Source of the DNA: Chara braunii
Taxonomy: Eukaryota; Plantae; Charophyceae
Reading direction: 5' to 3'
DNA length: 60,764 bases
Assembly (NCBI GenBank): GCA_003427395.1
Contig: BFEA01000028.1
Coordinates: 122,110-182,873, forward strand
The notes under the pieces are model-generated. The model ran no database searches and was not told where the DNA came from. It saw nothing but the letters and a program-made list of their open reading frames with translations. The translations under genes were made by a program, and so were the position numbers. Of this stretch, positions 12,854-26,577 are shown piece by piece. Every line of letters begins with the position of its first letter. The first letter of the stretch is position 1.

Positions 12854-15139
12854 CTTCATTACAAGAATAGTCACTGAAGGACTGAAAGAACTTGTGGACC
12901 TTCCTGCCAGCATTGACTACCCCAGGGGATCTTTATGCTATGCGTTATATTTTACGCTGGTCGTTTTGTTTGCACCATCTTTCCCTTGTAGCTTGCTTGA
13001 TCTTCCTTTCCCGCATCCTTCTCTTGTGTTCTTGGGACGTCATGATGACCGTACGATCGGAATGTAAATGTGGAGATAGGTCACATCCCCCACAATGCGG
13101 TTCGACCATGTACAACGTCCAGATCAGTCTCCTCTTTCCCCTCTCTTCTCATTATTTTCTTCCTTTGGTCCTTTTCCCACATGTGTGCAATTTTTCTCCC
13201 ATGCGCAACTACAAATTTTGCAAGCGTGTTATCTCTCTCTCTTCTATGCACGAGGCCAGCTCAGACGAAGTAGCTGGAAGCCGTATGAGCGCGTTGACTT
13301 GAGCACTCTATCGCGCGCGGCAGTCCCGCACCCTGCTGGGAGTGTTCAACCTCACGGTCGTGTCACCCAGGATTTTCTTTTCTTCAGAGTTGAAAAAGAA
13401 CCAGTCACCACTCCAACCGTGTACGCGTGCTATACCTCTCACGACACCCCACGACAGGTCGGGGTGCCGCGAGGTACAACTTACCTGTATCCAAGGGGTT
13501 GTCACCACCCTCAGGTAGGTGTATCCCTGCTGAGCTATCGGCCCACGTGCGAAGGTTTTTAGTTGCCTTTGTAGAGGTAGGTCAGCCGAGGGCGTTTGCT
13601 CGATCGTCGCAACATAGGAATCGGGAACGCGCGGTAAGACGCCTAAGACTGATTCGTGAGTCAAGTCAGGTTCAGGATGTGATCTCCCTATCCTGGACTT
13701 CTAGATATTAAGGTTGAACTTTTATAAGGTTGTCTATATCCGCTTCTGAATCTAACCATAGCGATCAAAGTATCAATCAAACCATCTCACTACCAAGGGC
13801 AGTCTATTCTACTTAACAAGTTATGACTTAACTGAATATTAGATACTATAGAAGTTACATTTGACAAATAATGAATATGAGAGTATTACCGCCGAGAACC
13901 CTTCTCACTTTCATAAGTGATGTATGTCCGAGACTCTTCAAAAGATCAGGTCAAGTTCAATCCAAAATCATGCACAAAACAAATCTGCACAGAATAATGC
14001 AAAGATAGTTCACATGTCATGCACTAACGACGTCAACCATCAACCATTGACCTTGTCCCTTACTCCCCAAACCATGTATGACAACTCTATCTTTCCTGAA
14101 ACGTAAGCCCATTCCCCTCACATTTATTCAAAGGACCCCTTGAGAGTGACGAGGATCATTCAGGCAATGACCATAGGTGACAGTTTTACTGACCATAGGG
14201 TTTGACTTTAGATGTGGGTATCAAGTCAAGTGGGGAAAGTTGAATCGGTAACAACCGACCTGTTATCGAAACATAACAGAAAATTGAGTCATTTTTGAAG
14301 AACCACTTTTTCAATTGCAGTAGATCAAACAGGGACCTACACACACAGGTCAACAGAGATTCAACACTCCTACTCGATTTCCCACATCTTGATATCTAAG
14401 GGTCAAACCCTTAAATCTTGACCGTGGACCCTGGGATCGACATCCCAAAGTTCAATCCCTAACTTCTACCCTCACAATCCTACCCTAAGTCGTTTGTCCC
14501 ATTCTTCTCTCGTTCAAGAAGTTTCATGCCTGCGTCCTAAGCTGTCTTATGAAACTCATATTTCCCCTACTTTCAGTCATTGCATTCTTTCTCTTTTGAA
14601 ACAAGCACACACCTTGATGCTTATGTAGTAGAGTTTTAACTCATTTGTTGTTGTGGCCTTCCACTCGAAAGCCATGAACGAACACGAATCTCGCGGTAGT
14701 TCTTATTCTGCTAGTATTCTTTTTCCCGCAGTCCTAACTCCTTTCTTTGTTTCTTTTTCAGGTTCGTGAGACCTTACTCCAACAGGAGCATTGTTCGTTT
14801 TTTTCTCTTCTATTTGTTCTGAGATACTCAAGTAGTAGGTTGATTAAGACATGAATCTCTTGCTACTTGGTCAATATCAATCAATCGGTTAATCAAACAG
14901 ACATTCGAGTAAATCACACATAAGTACTTGAGTCTCTTTCCAATCCCATTCAATACACTTGCCAACAGTTAGTCAATGACAATACACGAGATCCATTTCT
15001 CATAAGCAGTTGAATAACTGGCACAAAAATATCCCTCTTGAAACAAATATTCGAGACTCTTACCGGGGCACCCCACTACTTGCTTTAATCATCATTCAAA
15101 AATATTAAATTTTACCATTTCCCTAAAGGTTAGAAATGG

Positions 15140-16740
15140 TCTAAGTGAATAATAGGCGACCCGTACAAGAGCCCTCTACTATCACGCGACCGTATGCACG
15201 GTTCACCTCATGAGTGCAATATGACGATCCTCACAAGGGCATCCTATTGTCCTCCTGAGGCCGACCGAGATGAGACCTGGTTAGTTTGGGCAAAAAACGT
15301 GTGTTTGGGATATTCCTACAGGGGTATCCCACCTCGCAAGTTAGTTAAGAATCAAGCAAGTAATAGGCTGACCCTAACAAGGACCTCCCTACTATTTCCT
15401 TGGGTAATGAGCAGTCCATATTTTAAACAAGTAATAGGATGACTCCTACATAATCCTTCCTACGACCCGTTCGGTGATCGGACTGCCTGAGAGTAAGAAA
15501 ATCGAAAAAGAAAGAGAAACAATTGTGATTTACTACTTCTTGCAGATCGTTAGTCAATCCTAGACTCAAGTGTGTGAATAGGATGACCCTCACTAGAGCC
15601 CCCTACTACACCTAAAATAAGTGCAAAGACTGAATCTTTCTAAGTTGTTAATAAGAAGGGAAGTTAGTACCTAAATCCCTTATCCCTTTGATTTAATATT
15701 AGATGAACAGTTTGTTAGTAATCAACCAAATCATTAGTCATACTTAGGCAAATAGCAGGGTTCATATATGAGCATCCTATTATTACTTAATCTCCCGCAC
15801 CCCACCTCTTATCTAAGCTAGTTAGGCGGGTATCAGACAAGTACTAGGAAAAGTCACACATGAGCTTCCTATTACTTGCTCAATTCATAAGTGATCGGTA
15901 AGCAATCTTTTATCGAAGTTGTCCCAGTCAAGTGACGAGATGACTCTCACAAGAGTTTTCACCCTCTTGTCGTATGCTTTTGCTCAGTAAACACTAACAT
16001 GTTAGTCCATGCAGGTAGTGGAATAGATTCACAAAATTATTCCTCACCTTTTAATCTCAAGCGCATTCTTAGTAAATCAAGGTGGTGAGATAGTACACGT
16101 AGGAGTACCACCAGCTTCCGATTGTGTCAATCGTCCTAGTCTCATAGGGTAAGTGTCCAACCCATACATGGGTTCTCTACCACCTTCGGAGACTAGTCCG
16201 GTAGGTTAACAGGGCAACACCCACACAAAAACCTCCCTTTACCGTTTCTAAATGTTAGACATTCCTCTCCCTCACGACGACAGTAGATCCGACAGATAGC
16301 AAGGAACAACCATTTCGTTAAAATTGACATCTTTTGTTTTTTTAACGAAATTGAAACCGAGTTTTTTTATCGAAAACTTGTCAAAATTTATTGTTCCTGA
16401 GAGTCCGGCGTTTGTAAAATGGCGGACCCCCTGGCTGTACATGAACCTCTCTTGAGACCAGGGACATCCAAGCAGTCCTGCCTGGATGTCCCTGGTCTCA
16501 AGAGAGGTTCATGTACAGCCAGGGGGTCCGCCATTTTACAAACGCTGGACCCTCAGGAACAACAAATTTTGACGAGTTTTCAACAAAAAAACTCGGTTTT
16601 AATTTCGTTCAAAAAATAAAAGATGTCCATTTTGACGAAATGGCAGTTAAGGCAACTCACACATGAGTATCTCATTGTCAGCTTTCAGTTGAGTCAGTAT
16701 ATACACAAGTAGCACGACGACCCACACATGAACCTCCATC
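15140..16740 (+). repeat. Degenerate array of about 15 hairpin units (approximate consensus CAAGT-RATAGGATGACYC-WCACAW-GAGY-TCCTAC), spaced about 65-90 bp
   Basis: Units visible at about 15142, 15212, 15300, 15356, 15427, 15567, 15747, 15837, 15926, 16012, 16078, 16147, 16200, 16645, 16706. Confidence 0.55.
16310..16643. repeat. 334-bp foldback palindrome (MITE-like)
   Basis: CCATTTCG...GGACATCCAAGCAG-TC-CTGCCTGGATGTCC...CGAAATGG; arms about 165 bp. Confidence 0.9.
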
Positions 16741-17277
16741 GCACCACTCTGTCCTCCAAATCCAATCAGTCCTAGATTCCTTCTCGATTAACTTAGGTTC
16801 CTTCCTTTTTATCAGATAGAGTTCTTACTTCAGTCACATATCTCGTTTGCTTTTGATTACCTTAGTCCTGAAGAATGTATGAACAGTATATCATACAGCC
16901 AGACATGCAGTCGAATAGAGGGTTGTAGCTCGTATAGGTATATGGGAAAGGAATAGGTTATGTGTACCTCATGGTTTCCTACCTCGAGAGTTCCTTCTGA
17001 ACTCTGGCAGAGCTCCCGCAATCCCCTGTTTATCGATCATGTCTAGTAATGGTAGTTGATTGTCTAGTCCTAAAGTTAGCAAAATAAAGATTGACTGAGT
17101 AGAAATCATTATTAGACACAATCAAAGAAATGAACAGAGGAGGTTAGAGGAGGTAGGCATTATCACATAGTGACAATGTCTCACTCCTCTCCAATGCCCC
17201 ATATTTTTCGCATTTCAGACCCCTGCTTAACTTACGAAGTTTCAAAAAATAGCAATAACAAAACGACAAAAACAACC

Positions 17278-17346
17278 AATAATAATAATAATAATAAGAA
17301 GAAGAATAAGAATAATAATAAACTATAATAATAATATAATTATAAT
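17278..17346. repeat. (AAT)n microsatellite, left flank of the hAT-like insertion
   Basis: Visible repeat. Confidence 0.9.
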
Positions 17347-17983
17347 CAGGGTTACCTGACCGAAAGTTCGGGGGCCCCCGGGCTGGCCCCCGAACGTTCG
17401 GGCGTTCGGGGTCCCGTTCGGGGGCCGAACACCTCTAGGTTCGGCCCCCGCCAAAAACCATTTCGGGGCCTAAAAATAAGTTTTTTTTTCTGAATTTTGT
17501 TTTGTCAGTTCTCTATGATGTAACCTACACGCCTATAAATTTTGAAACCATTCTGTTAAGCCAAAAAAACAGTAAAAATCGTGAAAGATGGGGCTGTCAA
17601 AATGTGCTCGCCCACTCACTATTTTGTTTTCTTTTCACTTTTAACTTTTTTTTTTCACTTTATTTAGGGGCCTAAAAACAATTATTATTTTTTGAAATAT
17701 TTTTAATGAGTTATTAATTATGTAAACTACATATCTGTAAATTTTCAGGGCATTTTTCAATGCCAGAAAATAATTAAAAATCGGCAAAGATGGCGGTGTC
17801 GAAAAGGTGCCGACACACTCACTCATTTTAATTCTCTTTTTATTTTTTCTTATTTTTATCATAGTGTTTATTTTCTGTATTTGATTTTTTAATTCAAATT
17901 TGGTAACGAATTTGTATGTAGTGCCCAGGCAAATGTTGTTTAGTTTATTTGTCTACATAACATATGTTTTTTGCGGAATTTTT

Positions 17984-18050
<67 letters not shown>

Positions 18051-18152
18051 GTCCGCGTTCGACCTGAACGGCCGAACGCCTTCCGAAGGGGTCTCGTACG
18101 TTCGGGCGTTCGGGTTCGGGCGTTCGGTCCATCTCGAACGCCGGCAACCCTG
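17347..18152. mobile_element. Non-autonomous hAT-like DNA transposon
   Basis: TIRs CAGGGTTACC / GGCAACCCTG; subterminal GTTCGG/CCGAAC repeats at both ends; 8-bp flanks ATTATAAT / ATAATAAT; internal (AT)n at about 17986-18045. Confidence 0.75.
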
Positions 18153-18193
18153 ATAATAATAATAATAATAAACTATAATAATTATAATATAAC

Positions 18194-18242
<49 letters not shown>

Positions 18243-18300
18243 GTAATAGTAATAATAATATATAATAATAATGACACTAATGGTAACTTAATGATAATAT

Positions 18301-18331
<31 letters not shown>

Positions 18332-18391
18332 AATAATAGAATCGAAATAATAATAATAATAGTAGTAATAATAATAATAATAATAATAATA
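18153..18391. repeat. (AAT)n microsatellite
   Basis: Visible repeat. Confidence 0.9.
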
Positions 18392-19005
18392 TCGGTAAGC
18401 TAATCACTTTGTTCACGATTGTCAATATTCTTTCAAGGAGCAAGTGATCTAAGAAAGAGGAAAACGTCATTTTTTGACCTAAAGGTCTTCCTTCAGTTTC
18501 ACTTCCTTCTTCCCCTTTGCTTTCGCCACACAGCCCTGGGTACACCTGTTCGATGTTCCGCATGTATGTTTCTATGACCATGTGAGTGTGATTGTTGCCT
18601 TATCTGCCTGCAAGATTGTGCGGGTGCATGCATGCTGTTTTGCAGGCCTAACCATAGCCCGCTAGTGTCACACTGCCCGGCTGCGGCTCACGCCACTCAG
18701 TGCCTGCGTGCGGATGTGGCGTCAATGCTGCGTTCCCGGTGGCCTATGGTTACTTAGTAAAGTGTCGGGCCCACAGCGCACGTGCCCAGGGTGTAACAAC
18801 CTACGCCCCGGGTCCAACTGCCTGATGCAACTGCTTTTCTTGGAGGAGCCCAGGGTGAGGCCCTGATTTTACTCCATTCAACAGGTCTGCGGCAACTGTC
18901 CGAGACCCTCATCGAAAAATATTGAGGCAAAGGCCCCTTTATGGATACTCAGGCCCACCTTCACTCGGGGCGAACACAAGGCTGGTTGGAGGTACAACTA
19001 CTAAA

Positions 19006-19039
<34 letters not shown>

Positions 19040-19571
19040 GTTAATAATAACAACAATAATAATAACTGATATTTGTTCACAAAGTTGTAATTTGTTGTCA
19101 CTCCTCTATCGGAGAACCAAGACTTTCAATCCGAATTTCCCTAAGAACGAGCTCTCATTCTCACCATCAATGCATCCACTGCCATCCAGCGGACGTCAGC
19201 AGCAGAACCAAAGTACATGACGAGGTCGAACCCTGTAGACTATCGGCAGGGTCAGGTATGTGCCTGCGCATCATCATCCTCATCTCTTCCTCTTTCTCCC
19301 TCTCGTTCTCTTTCTGTGGGTTTGTTTGTCGGTTTGATCGTTTGCGTCTTGACTGCCCGTTTGTATCTGTTTGTTTGTTTGTTTGTTCGTCTGTGTCTGA
19401 CAATTAGTTTATTCATCTGTATTTCTCTTCATCTGTCTTTTTTTTTTTTTTTTCTCTCTCTCTCTTTCAGTTTCTGCGCGTCTGGTTGTCTTGTCGGACT
19501 TTCTCTATTTGCTTATCAGTCTGTTTTGTCCATGTCCGTCGTTGTCTCTCCCCCTTCGTTTTCCCTCCTTC

Positions 19572-19625
19572 TCTTCTTCTTCTTCTTCTTCTTCTTCTTC
19601 TTCTTCTTCTTCTTCTTCTTCTTCT
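19572..19625. repeat. (CTT)n microsatellite
   Basis: Visible repeat. Confidence 0.95.
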
Positions 19626-20027
19626 GCATGCTCCCCCTCAATACCCCAAGCGACAAGTCACTAAGAACACCGGACCACTCAATCAGTAGTAGTGACAACG
19701 ACGTGTACACAGGGTAGGTATGTAATTAGTTATGAGCTGATTACTCTTCTGTAATGAATATGAGTTGAAACGATATACAATAAGCCAAGTTGCGAAACCA
19801 CACAAATGCCAAAGTAGTCATGTACAAGCAGAGAGCACAAATGCATCGAGATTCCATCCAACAAGGGTGGTACAATGAACTCACGAACCAATGTTCATTT
19901 GGCGGTCTTTGCTGTGCACGGTTTTTGTGCTTCACAACTCGGGGTTGGGTGGTGGTTTCGGCCATTTGGATGGTGGTTGGGGGTGTGTTGTGGAAGTTGT
20001 GGGTGGGGGGCACTGCCACATGGCAAC

Positions 20028-20031
<4 letters not shown>

Positions 20032-20092
<61 letters not shown>

Positions 20093-20104
20093 AGGAGCCC
20101 AAGT

Positions 20105-20135
<31 letters not shown>

Positions 20136-20204
20136 GTCTGTCTCAGAGTCTCTCTCTCTCTNNNNNNNNNNNNNNNNNNNNNNNNNNNNNNNNNNNNNNN
20201 NNNN

Positions 20205-20237
<33 letters not shown>
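20032..20237. repeat. (CT)n microsatellite cluster containing an assembly gap
   Basis: Visible repeat; N-run 20162-20204. Confidence 0.95.
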
Positions 20238-20239
<2 letters not shown>

Positions 20240-23200
20240 CCGAACAGTTGACGGCAACAGCAACACAATTGTTGTTGCTGTTTCAGATACTTGGCCACCT
20301 TTATCTGAAACAGCAACAGCAGTGTTGCTGCCAGCTGGGGTGGTTCCCGACAGCTGCTGTGCGGGGCCACCAAAACCCAAGGTCTAACACTGCCAAAACG
20401 AAGGCCTTTTTTTTTTTTTTTTTTCATTCCCAGATTTTATTCGTCACACAAAACACAACCAAAAAAAAGACAAAATTATCATGAATTCGAAGAAGAAAAA
20501 CATCCACCAACGAAAAATCTTTAAAAAAAAAAAAAACCACCTTTTTTTTTCTTCTTATTTCTCCTCTCTGCCTTTTCTGTTTTTTATTTTTTGAAAAACC
20601 TAAACGTTGTCAGATTGCCAAAAAAAAAAAATGGGGTTGTAGGGCTTAAAAAAACCCACAACCCCATTTTTTATATGTTTTTTTCCGTTATTATTCCAGG
20701 CGTAAGAATTCATGCAAATTCGTGGCCGCTATGCGGCTGAGTCTGGTCGCGGCCGTGACACTGAACGCGGCCGCCCTCCGAGCCTGAACCCGTGGCCATG
20801 GCCGCGGGGGATACATAGCTGGTCACTCGTGACCTCGGCCAGCCCGTTGCCCAAACGAGCTACTTAGGCAGAATCTGTCCTACTTCCGGAGATGGACTAA
20901 TAAAAGTGAATCCGTAATGAACAATCATGGGATTTGAGAGAAAAATAGAAAAAAATAAAAATAAAATAAATAAATAACTAACGAAATAAAGGAAAACGAA
21001 TCTAACTAATACCAAAACAACAAAATAAAAATAAAAGGGAAACAAAATAAAATCTAACTACTAACCACCCCGTCGTGCCAACTGTCACAACGAGGTGTAA
21101 CTATAACTAATTTCCAATCTCTAGGTCACTGGTTCGAGCCCCGCCCGACTGAGCCCAGGTGAAAATATAGTGGTGCTCTTTGTCAAAAGGGAGTCCGCTC
21201 ATGGGTCGAGCAAACTCTATCACTGAATCTAGTGCTTGATAGTTCATACCTAAACCTACTGAGCTAGCTCCCATTTCATAAAGAAAGGGAGCAACTCTAG
21301 TATGTATAGAGCTCTGGCTCAGCCTAACTAACGACACCGTCGACACGAGCTTATTTCAAAGTTTGTGCATGCGTGCGTTTGTCTATTTGTACGCCTGTTT
21401 TGAGTGCTTTGTCGGTCGGAGTGTGTGTGTGACCCGCAAGGGTACCTGATTCATCTGAAAGACCGAAGGGTGGGTACTTGCCTGCGACCGTGTCATTGAG
21501 GGTTGTAGTGGGAAAAACACTCAAGTGGCGGGGAAAGAGACTCGCGACACTTAAAAGCAGCGGAAAACACTCAAGTAGGCAAGTAGGCCGATACCACACC
21601 ATGTAAAGGTAGATGTGCCAGGTACTCAAGGTCGGGCAGGAGAGGAACAAAGTTGGCATTTTTAGAGGCCCTGTACCGGTAGATAGGCAGGTACTAGGTC
21701 AAGTAGCCTGGGACGATATCAGAACTTGCAACGGTGTCTCCCGCTGCAAAAGGACGAAGGCACCGATTGCTTGGGTGGTCATGCAGATACGAAGTCGCTA
21801 CTCGAGAGGCGACTTCCTCTCTACATATGGGAGGTGAAGCTGGAGTTTCAACCCCACTCACGGCATACGAGTAAGGACAGAGGTATCGGTTGCCGTTACC
21901 TATTATGGTAGACAGTGTGTTTCTCTTGGTTGCCCCGGCCACATGGCCGGGGTTATATTAAATTTTACGGCGGCGTGACATGCCGACTTCCCTATACCCG
22001 TCAGTCCGACGCCCCCGGACTCATTCTAATTCATTTTTGTCTTACCGCCTGAGCTTTTGACTGATTTAGATTGTGGTCGCCGCATCCCGCGAGACCTTTT
22101 CTTGTTCTCTTCTAACCCTCCGGCCCTTGTGGCCGAAAAATTTCCATTTTTACTAACTCTTACCTGTTGTCGTACATGTCGTATCATCGCGTATGGTCAC
22201 CTAGCGCCCTCGGCCTCAATGGTCGAGAAGTTTACTTCAAGGTGTCATGCCAAAAATTCTTATTTTTCACTCCAGGTCGTTTCCGGTATGGTAACCGGCG
22301 TCCATTTTGCATCAAATGCAAAATCATGAACAAATACCCTTGTAAGGGTGTTTGCTCCGACAACACGCTCAGATGTGATCAGCCCCACCGGGCACAAAAA
22401 ATTGAACGTGCCCGGGGGCCGTTGTGCCCCCCGCCCCGACACGCACAAGGGTCATTTGAAGCTGGCGGAAGAGAATGCATGGGAAATGAAGGAAAGGAAG
22501 ATCAGCCAAAGGAGCGAGACAAAAGTAAGAGTGATGAAAGGGCGAAGGCGAAATTCCAATCAAACACAGGAAGGGCAGGCCAACAAAAGAGGCACAATGG
22601 AAAAAAGGATGAAGAAGGGGTGAATGTACAAGATGAAGGAGATTGGAAAGGAAAAAGGGTGATGGACGACCAGGGGCATGAAAAGGATGATACTAGCTCT
22701 ACATGAGGAGATGGAGAAGATCGGAGGACGACATGGACCTTGGAAAGGATGATACCAGCTCTACTTCGAAATCTGCCCAAGCAAAACACATGAGCAATTC
22801 ATCGATCCCACTCTGGGCCTTGTACACTGGCTGAAATCAGATCTCCGTGGTCAACAATGCTCACCCTCCATCACAAGATAGTGTGCAGAAGGATGCAGAA
22901 CATGGTTTGCTAGAAGGTCCTCAAGGGTTTCGGGAGGAGCAGCAAGACAAGGACAAGCAGCAGGGCTGGCAGCCGGAGTTGCAACCCTCATAAGACCATC
23001 ATTGCCCGGATAACATGAAATGTTAGGCACGGGAGTTGTGCCATGATGGCGGACCGTCAAGGAGCAGCTTGGGTTAAAAAGAGGTAGACAAACCCAAGCA
23101 GGGGTATGAAGAAAAAAGACGGTTACATCCTGGTCAGCGGCATTGGGGTGAGATAAAACTCAATTTCAACAATGTAGCAGAGGTTTAAAATCAAAGCGCA

Positions 23201-24361
23201 CCACATTGCCAATAGGCATGAAAACACATCATACCACAGACCTTCTCCTCTACGCAACTTAGTTTGCTTAGACAGCATCCGCTCTACCGCTTATATCATA
23301 GGTACTGCGACTCATCTCCGAGCAACTCCGAAAAAGGCTCCACGCAGTCCCCAAGTGCAATACCCTTCGCCGGGTCCCATACTCAGCACACGTGTTTTGA
23401 AATTGAAATTGAATTCACAAAAACAAGTTATAATTGCACTATGGGGAAAGATACAGTTTGCAATTGCACTTTAGGCACCCTACCTGGCCAGAAAGTTGGG
23501 TTGTATACATTGCCCAAACTGGCTGATAGTGCAATTATAACTCTTTTTTGTGACTCCCGCGTAGTTTCCCCAATAAATTCTCAAAGAAGAACTTAGCAAA
23601 AATCAAAAGACACCGCGTGTCATGCTCGCGTTGCTTGGATATATTGTCCGAAGAGATCTCTCCATGGCTCATGGATCGTCATAATCTTCCCTCCGAACTA
23701 GCCTTCGATCTCGTGTGCTTGCACCATTTTTGTCGCATAGCGTTCCCGCCTTCCTTTGGTTGTTGACCTTCGTGTCATCCGTTTGTCTTGTAGTCGAGAC
23801 TTTTGTTCAGTCTGTTTGCCTTAGCTTCAGCAGTGCTCGTAACACCTTGTGACCCCATTCTTTTGGAGTCCAGTATTGCCCTTTCCCGATTCTATCCAGG
23901 TAGCACTTTCGTGATTTCGGGGGAACTCTGAGAGTCCTAAAAAAAAAACGTTTGTCCTTTGTGACCCCTTAATACTTAGTTCCTATCCCAGTCTTTCGTA
24001 GCACTTTCGCAATTGGGGGTGATTAGAATGAATAATACCCCTTCCTCAGCCGAAGCCAGTGAGTCTATGAGGAATCAGACCGGATCATTTGAACAAAGAC
24101 CAGGAAAGCAAAAGGTGCGATTGAACTCTAGCTCGCCACCCCTGCCTGTCACGGAACCAACGAATACCCTGACCTCCAGGATACAGGAAGGAGGGGTGAG
24201 CTGCCTGTAGGAGAAGAGGTAATGGACCATGATGGCCTCCCAATGCCGAGACCGGTCGGGAGACCGTGTGTCGCTGAAAAGAGACTCCGCAACTGTTGGG
24301 AGAAGGGAGGTGTTATGCATGCCCACTGCTGTCCAAGTTCTAGTGGGCGCCATAGGAATTA

Positions 24362-25997
24362 GGGCCTCGTTAGACCCTCCTTGACAAATCCTTAGACATT
24401 AGGATGAAGTCCTTGGAAAAGTTTTCGGTTCCTGTGTCGTCGTTACACCGCGTCCTAATTCGATGAGTCCCACGGAAAACCCTTGGAGGTCTCCGACAAC
24501 CAATTTCAAGCATATATACACGGCCGCGGGGGTGGATGTCCGTCATCGTGTTGGGCTGTCTGTGCGTCCTCGGGCGTGATCCAGTGGCGGCGGCGAGGAG
24601 GTCTATCGGGCTGAAGAAAAAAAAAAGGGCGCCAACATCCCGGTTCGATTTTCGAATTTTGAACCCTCCGTTGTGACGCATCCGCGTCTGAGGCGTCGTG
24701 GCGGCTGGACTGGAGACTGGGCCGAAACGTGCGGAGGAGTGATGGCGGCCATGGCTTAAAAGGCGGGCATTGAAACGTTGGGCAGCATAGCGTGTATGCA
24801 TAACGGTTCTTTATTGTGACGTCACCTTCGTGTTCCGCATGCTCTTCGGGTCGTCACAGTTGAGTGCGAACGTAACACTTTCGTGAAACATGGACAGTGC
24901 GAGTGTGATCCCCATCGACGTGGAGAAGGTGCAACGAGGGCGCCAGGGGGCGAACGAGTGGTGGGCGCCTGCGCATTGCAAGTCCTGATGGTGGAGGGAA
25001 AGCTTCTGGGTCGTGCAAAGGCATTAACAGCATTGGAGAGAAACACGGTGGTCATAGTTGTGTCAGTTGTCGCCATGCGTTATTGTATTGAGAGAACGAG
25101 AGCTCGCATGAGGATAAGATTGCCTGTTCGCAGGCAGAGGAAGCTGATGCAACAAGTGATGGATGCACACGATTGTGTGTCGTTATCGGAATCAATTGTG
25201 CAATTCTGTTGCGCCATGGCATCAGGTGTGATCCCGAAGGCGACACCTGGATGGTGGATGAGGAGAAGGACGGGAGGGACATAGGAGGATCTCCGGCAAG
25301 TTGACGACGCGGTGGAGGGCTACTACAAGCAGAAGTTGCGGACTGGAGGTTTCCCGCCTGTCCATTGTCGTCTTCCTTACAGTTCATCGCTTCCGTCTGA
25401 TGCCAGGACCCCGCACAACGACACACACATGGAATAACACGACAAGGAGCAGGAGAAGAGTGGCCAGAAGCAGGAGCGGGAACCGTCGGAGGACACGACA
25501 AAACACGCTAGGCGGATGACTGCAATAGGTCTGCAGTGCTTGGACATCACCTATAGAAAAATTGAAAAATTTGACCGTTGGACACCACGGCTGACGATGC
25601 GCGCACGGAAACGCTTCGTGAAGCACCTTGTAGTTGAAGAACCACCCCCACTCATTTTCGTGCCAACGGTAACGGTGGAAGGCCATTGGGGCCCCGTTGG
25701 GTACTGAAGGCCGACGATGTCCACCCAATGGACCACGAAGGACCTGCGCACATCGACTCCAAATTCTCCTGTTCGCACTCGCTCCAGAACACTCTGTCAA
25801 TCACGCCTCCTTTAACCCAAGGGACCTCCCGAGGAATTCTTATATCCAAGGACATTTTGGCTGGGGATTCCGAGGAACCCAAGGAAATGTCTCGGAAGTG
25901 TTTTCACATTCATTCAAGGAATTTGGTGAATTAGGATGTGGAGTAACCACGCCGATTTCTTAAAAATCGGATTTCCAAGGAGGGTCTAACGAGGCCC
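24362..25997 (+). mobile_element. Internally deleted PIF/Harbinger transposon
   Basis: 22-bp TIRs GGGCCTCGTTAGACCCTCCTTG / CAAGGAGGGTCTAACGAGGCCC with TTA TSD; about 25050-25340 encodes DCVSLSESIVQFC...PGWWMRRRTGGT*EDLRQ, homologous to the transposase N-terminus at about 56450-56750. Confidence 0.9.
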
Positions 25998-26213
25998 TTA
26001 AGGATTTTGACTTTTACTCTTCACAAGGGGGGTCTAACGAGGCCCTTAAGGATTTGGCCTCTCATTCTCATCTTCAGTCTCAGACTCTAACATCAGGTCA
26101 ATCACCCGCAGCACAGGGGGATCCTCCCCTACTGTAGTTGCTATGAGATGGCTGTTCGGGAAGTCCATCAGCGGGGCCGCATTCTGTCCACTCTTTTTGT
26201 TTGCTTTGTTCTT

Positions 26214-26345
26214 TTAAAGAAGCCCTTTTGCAAGCCCACTATCCCCCCGGTGGTGAGAAAACCACAAAAATTGAAGGCTTGGTCGACGGGCTGCTCCATC
26301 TATTGGTGGGGAGCGACACCTGCTGGGAACCGGGTCCATCGTTCC
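26214..26345 (-). mobile_element. Retroelement 3' tail with pseudoknot module
   Basis: Minus strand GGAACGATGGACCCGGTTCCCAGCAGGTGTCGCTCCCCACCAATAGATGGAGC. Confidence 0.75.
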
Positions 26346-26577
26346 TTAACTACGAGAGATGGTTAATGGAAGACCAAAATTCAGTGTTTTTCGGCGCACC
26401 ACCACAAGCAATGTCGTCAAAAATTTTGCGAACAAATAATGCAGGCTCGTAATACAAACATAAAAAAAACAAACAGACAAAAAAATGAAAAAAAAGCACT
26501 ATAAAACCCTATTCGGAGTAGCTTTCGGAGCTGTGTGATATGTATGTGCTTTAGGGTATATCTGTATTCACTGTTCA

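Noticed and set aside
9420-15100. Solo LTRs or LTR-retrotransposon remnants (also about 21360-24000)
   Set aside because: Composition is LTR-like, but no paired LTR, TSD, PBS or coding motif could be demonstrated inside the window.
15140-16740. CRISPR array
   Set aside because: Repeats are highly degenerate and irregularly spaced, the context is eukaryotic, and there are no cas genes.
21110-21160. tRNA gene (GGTTCGAGCCC T-arm-like sequence)
   Set aside because: No D-arm or acceptor stem could be built; at most a B-box remnant.
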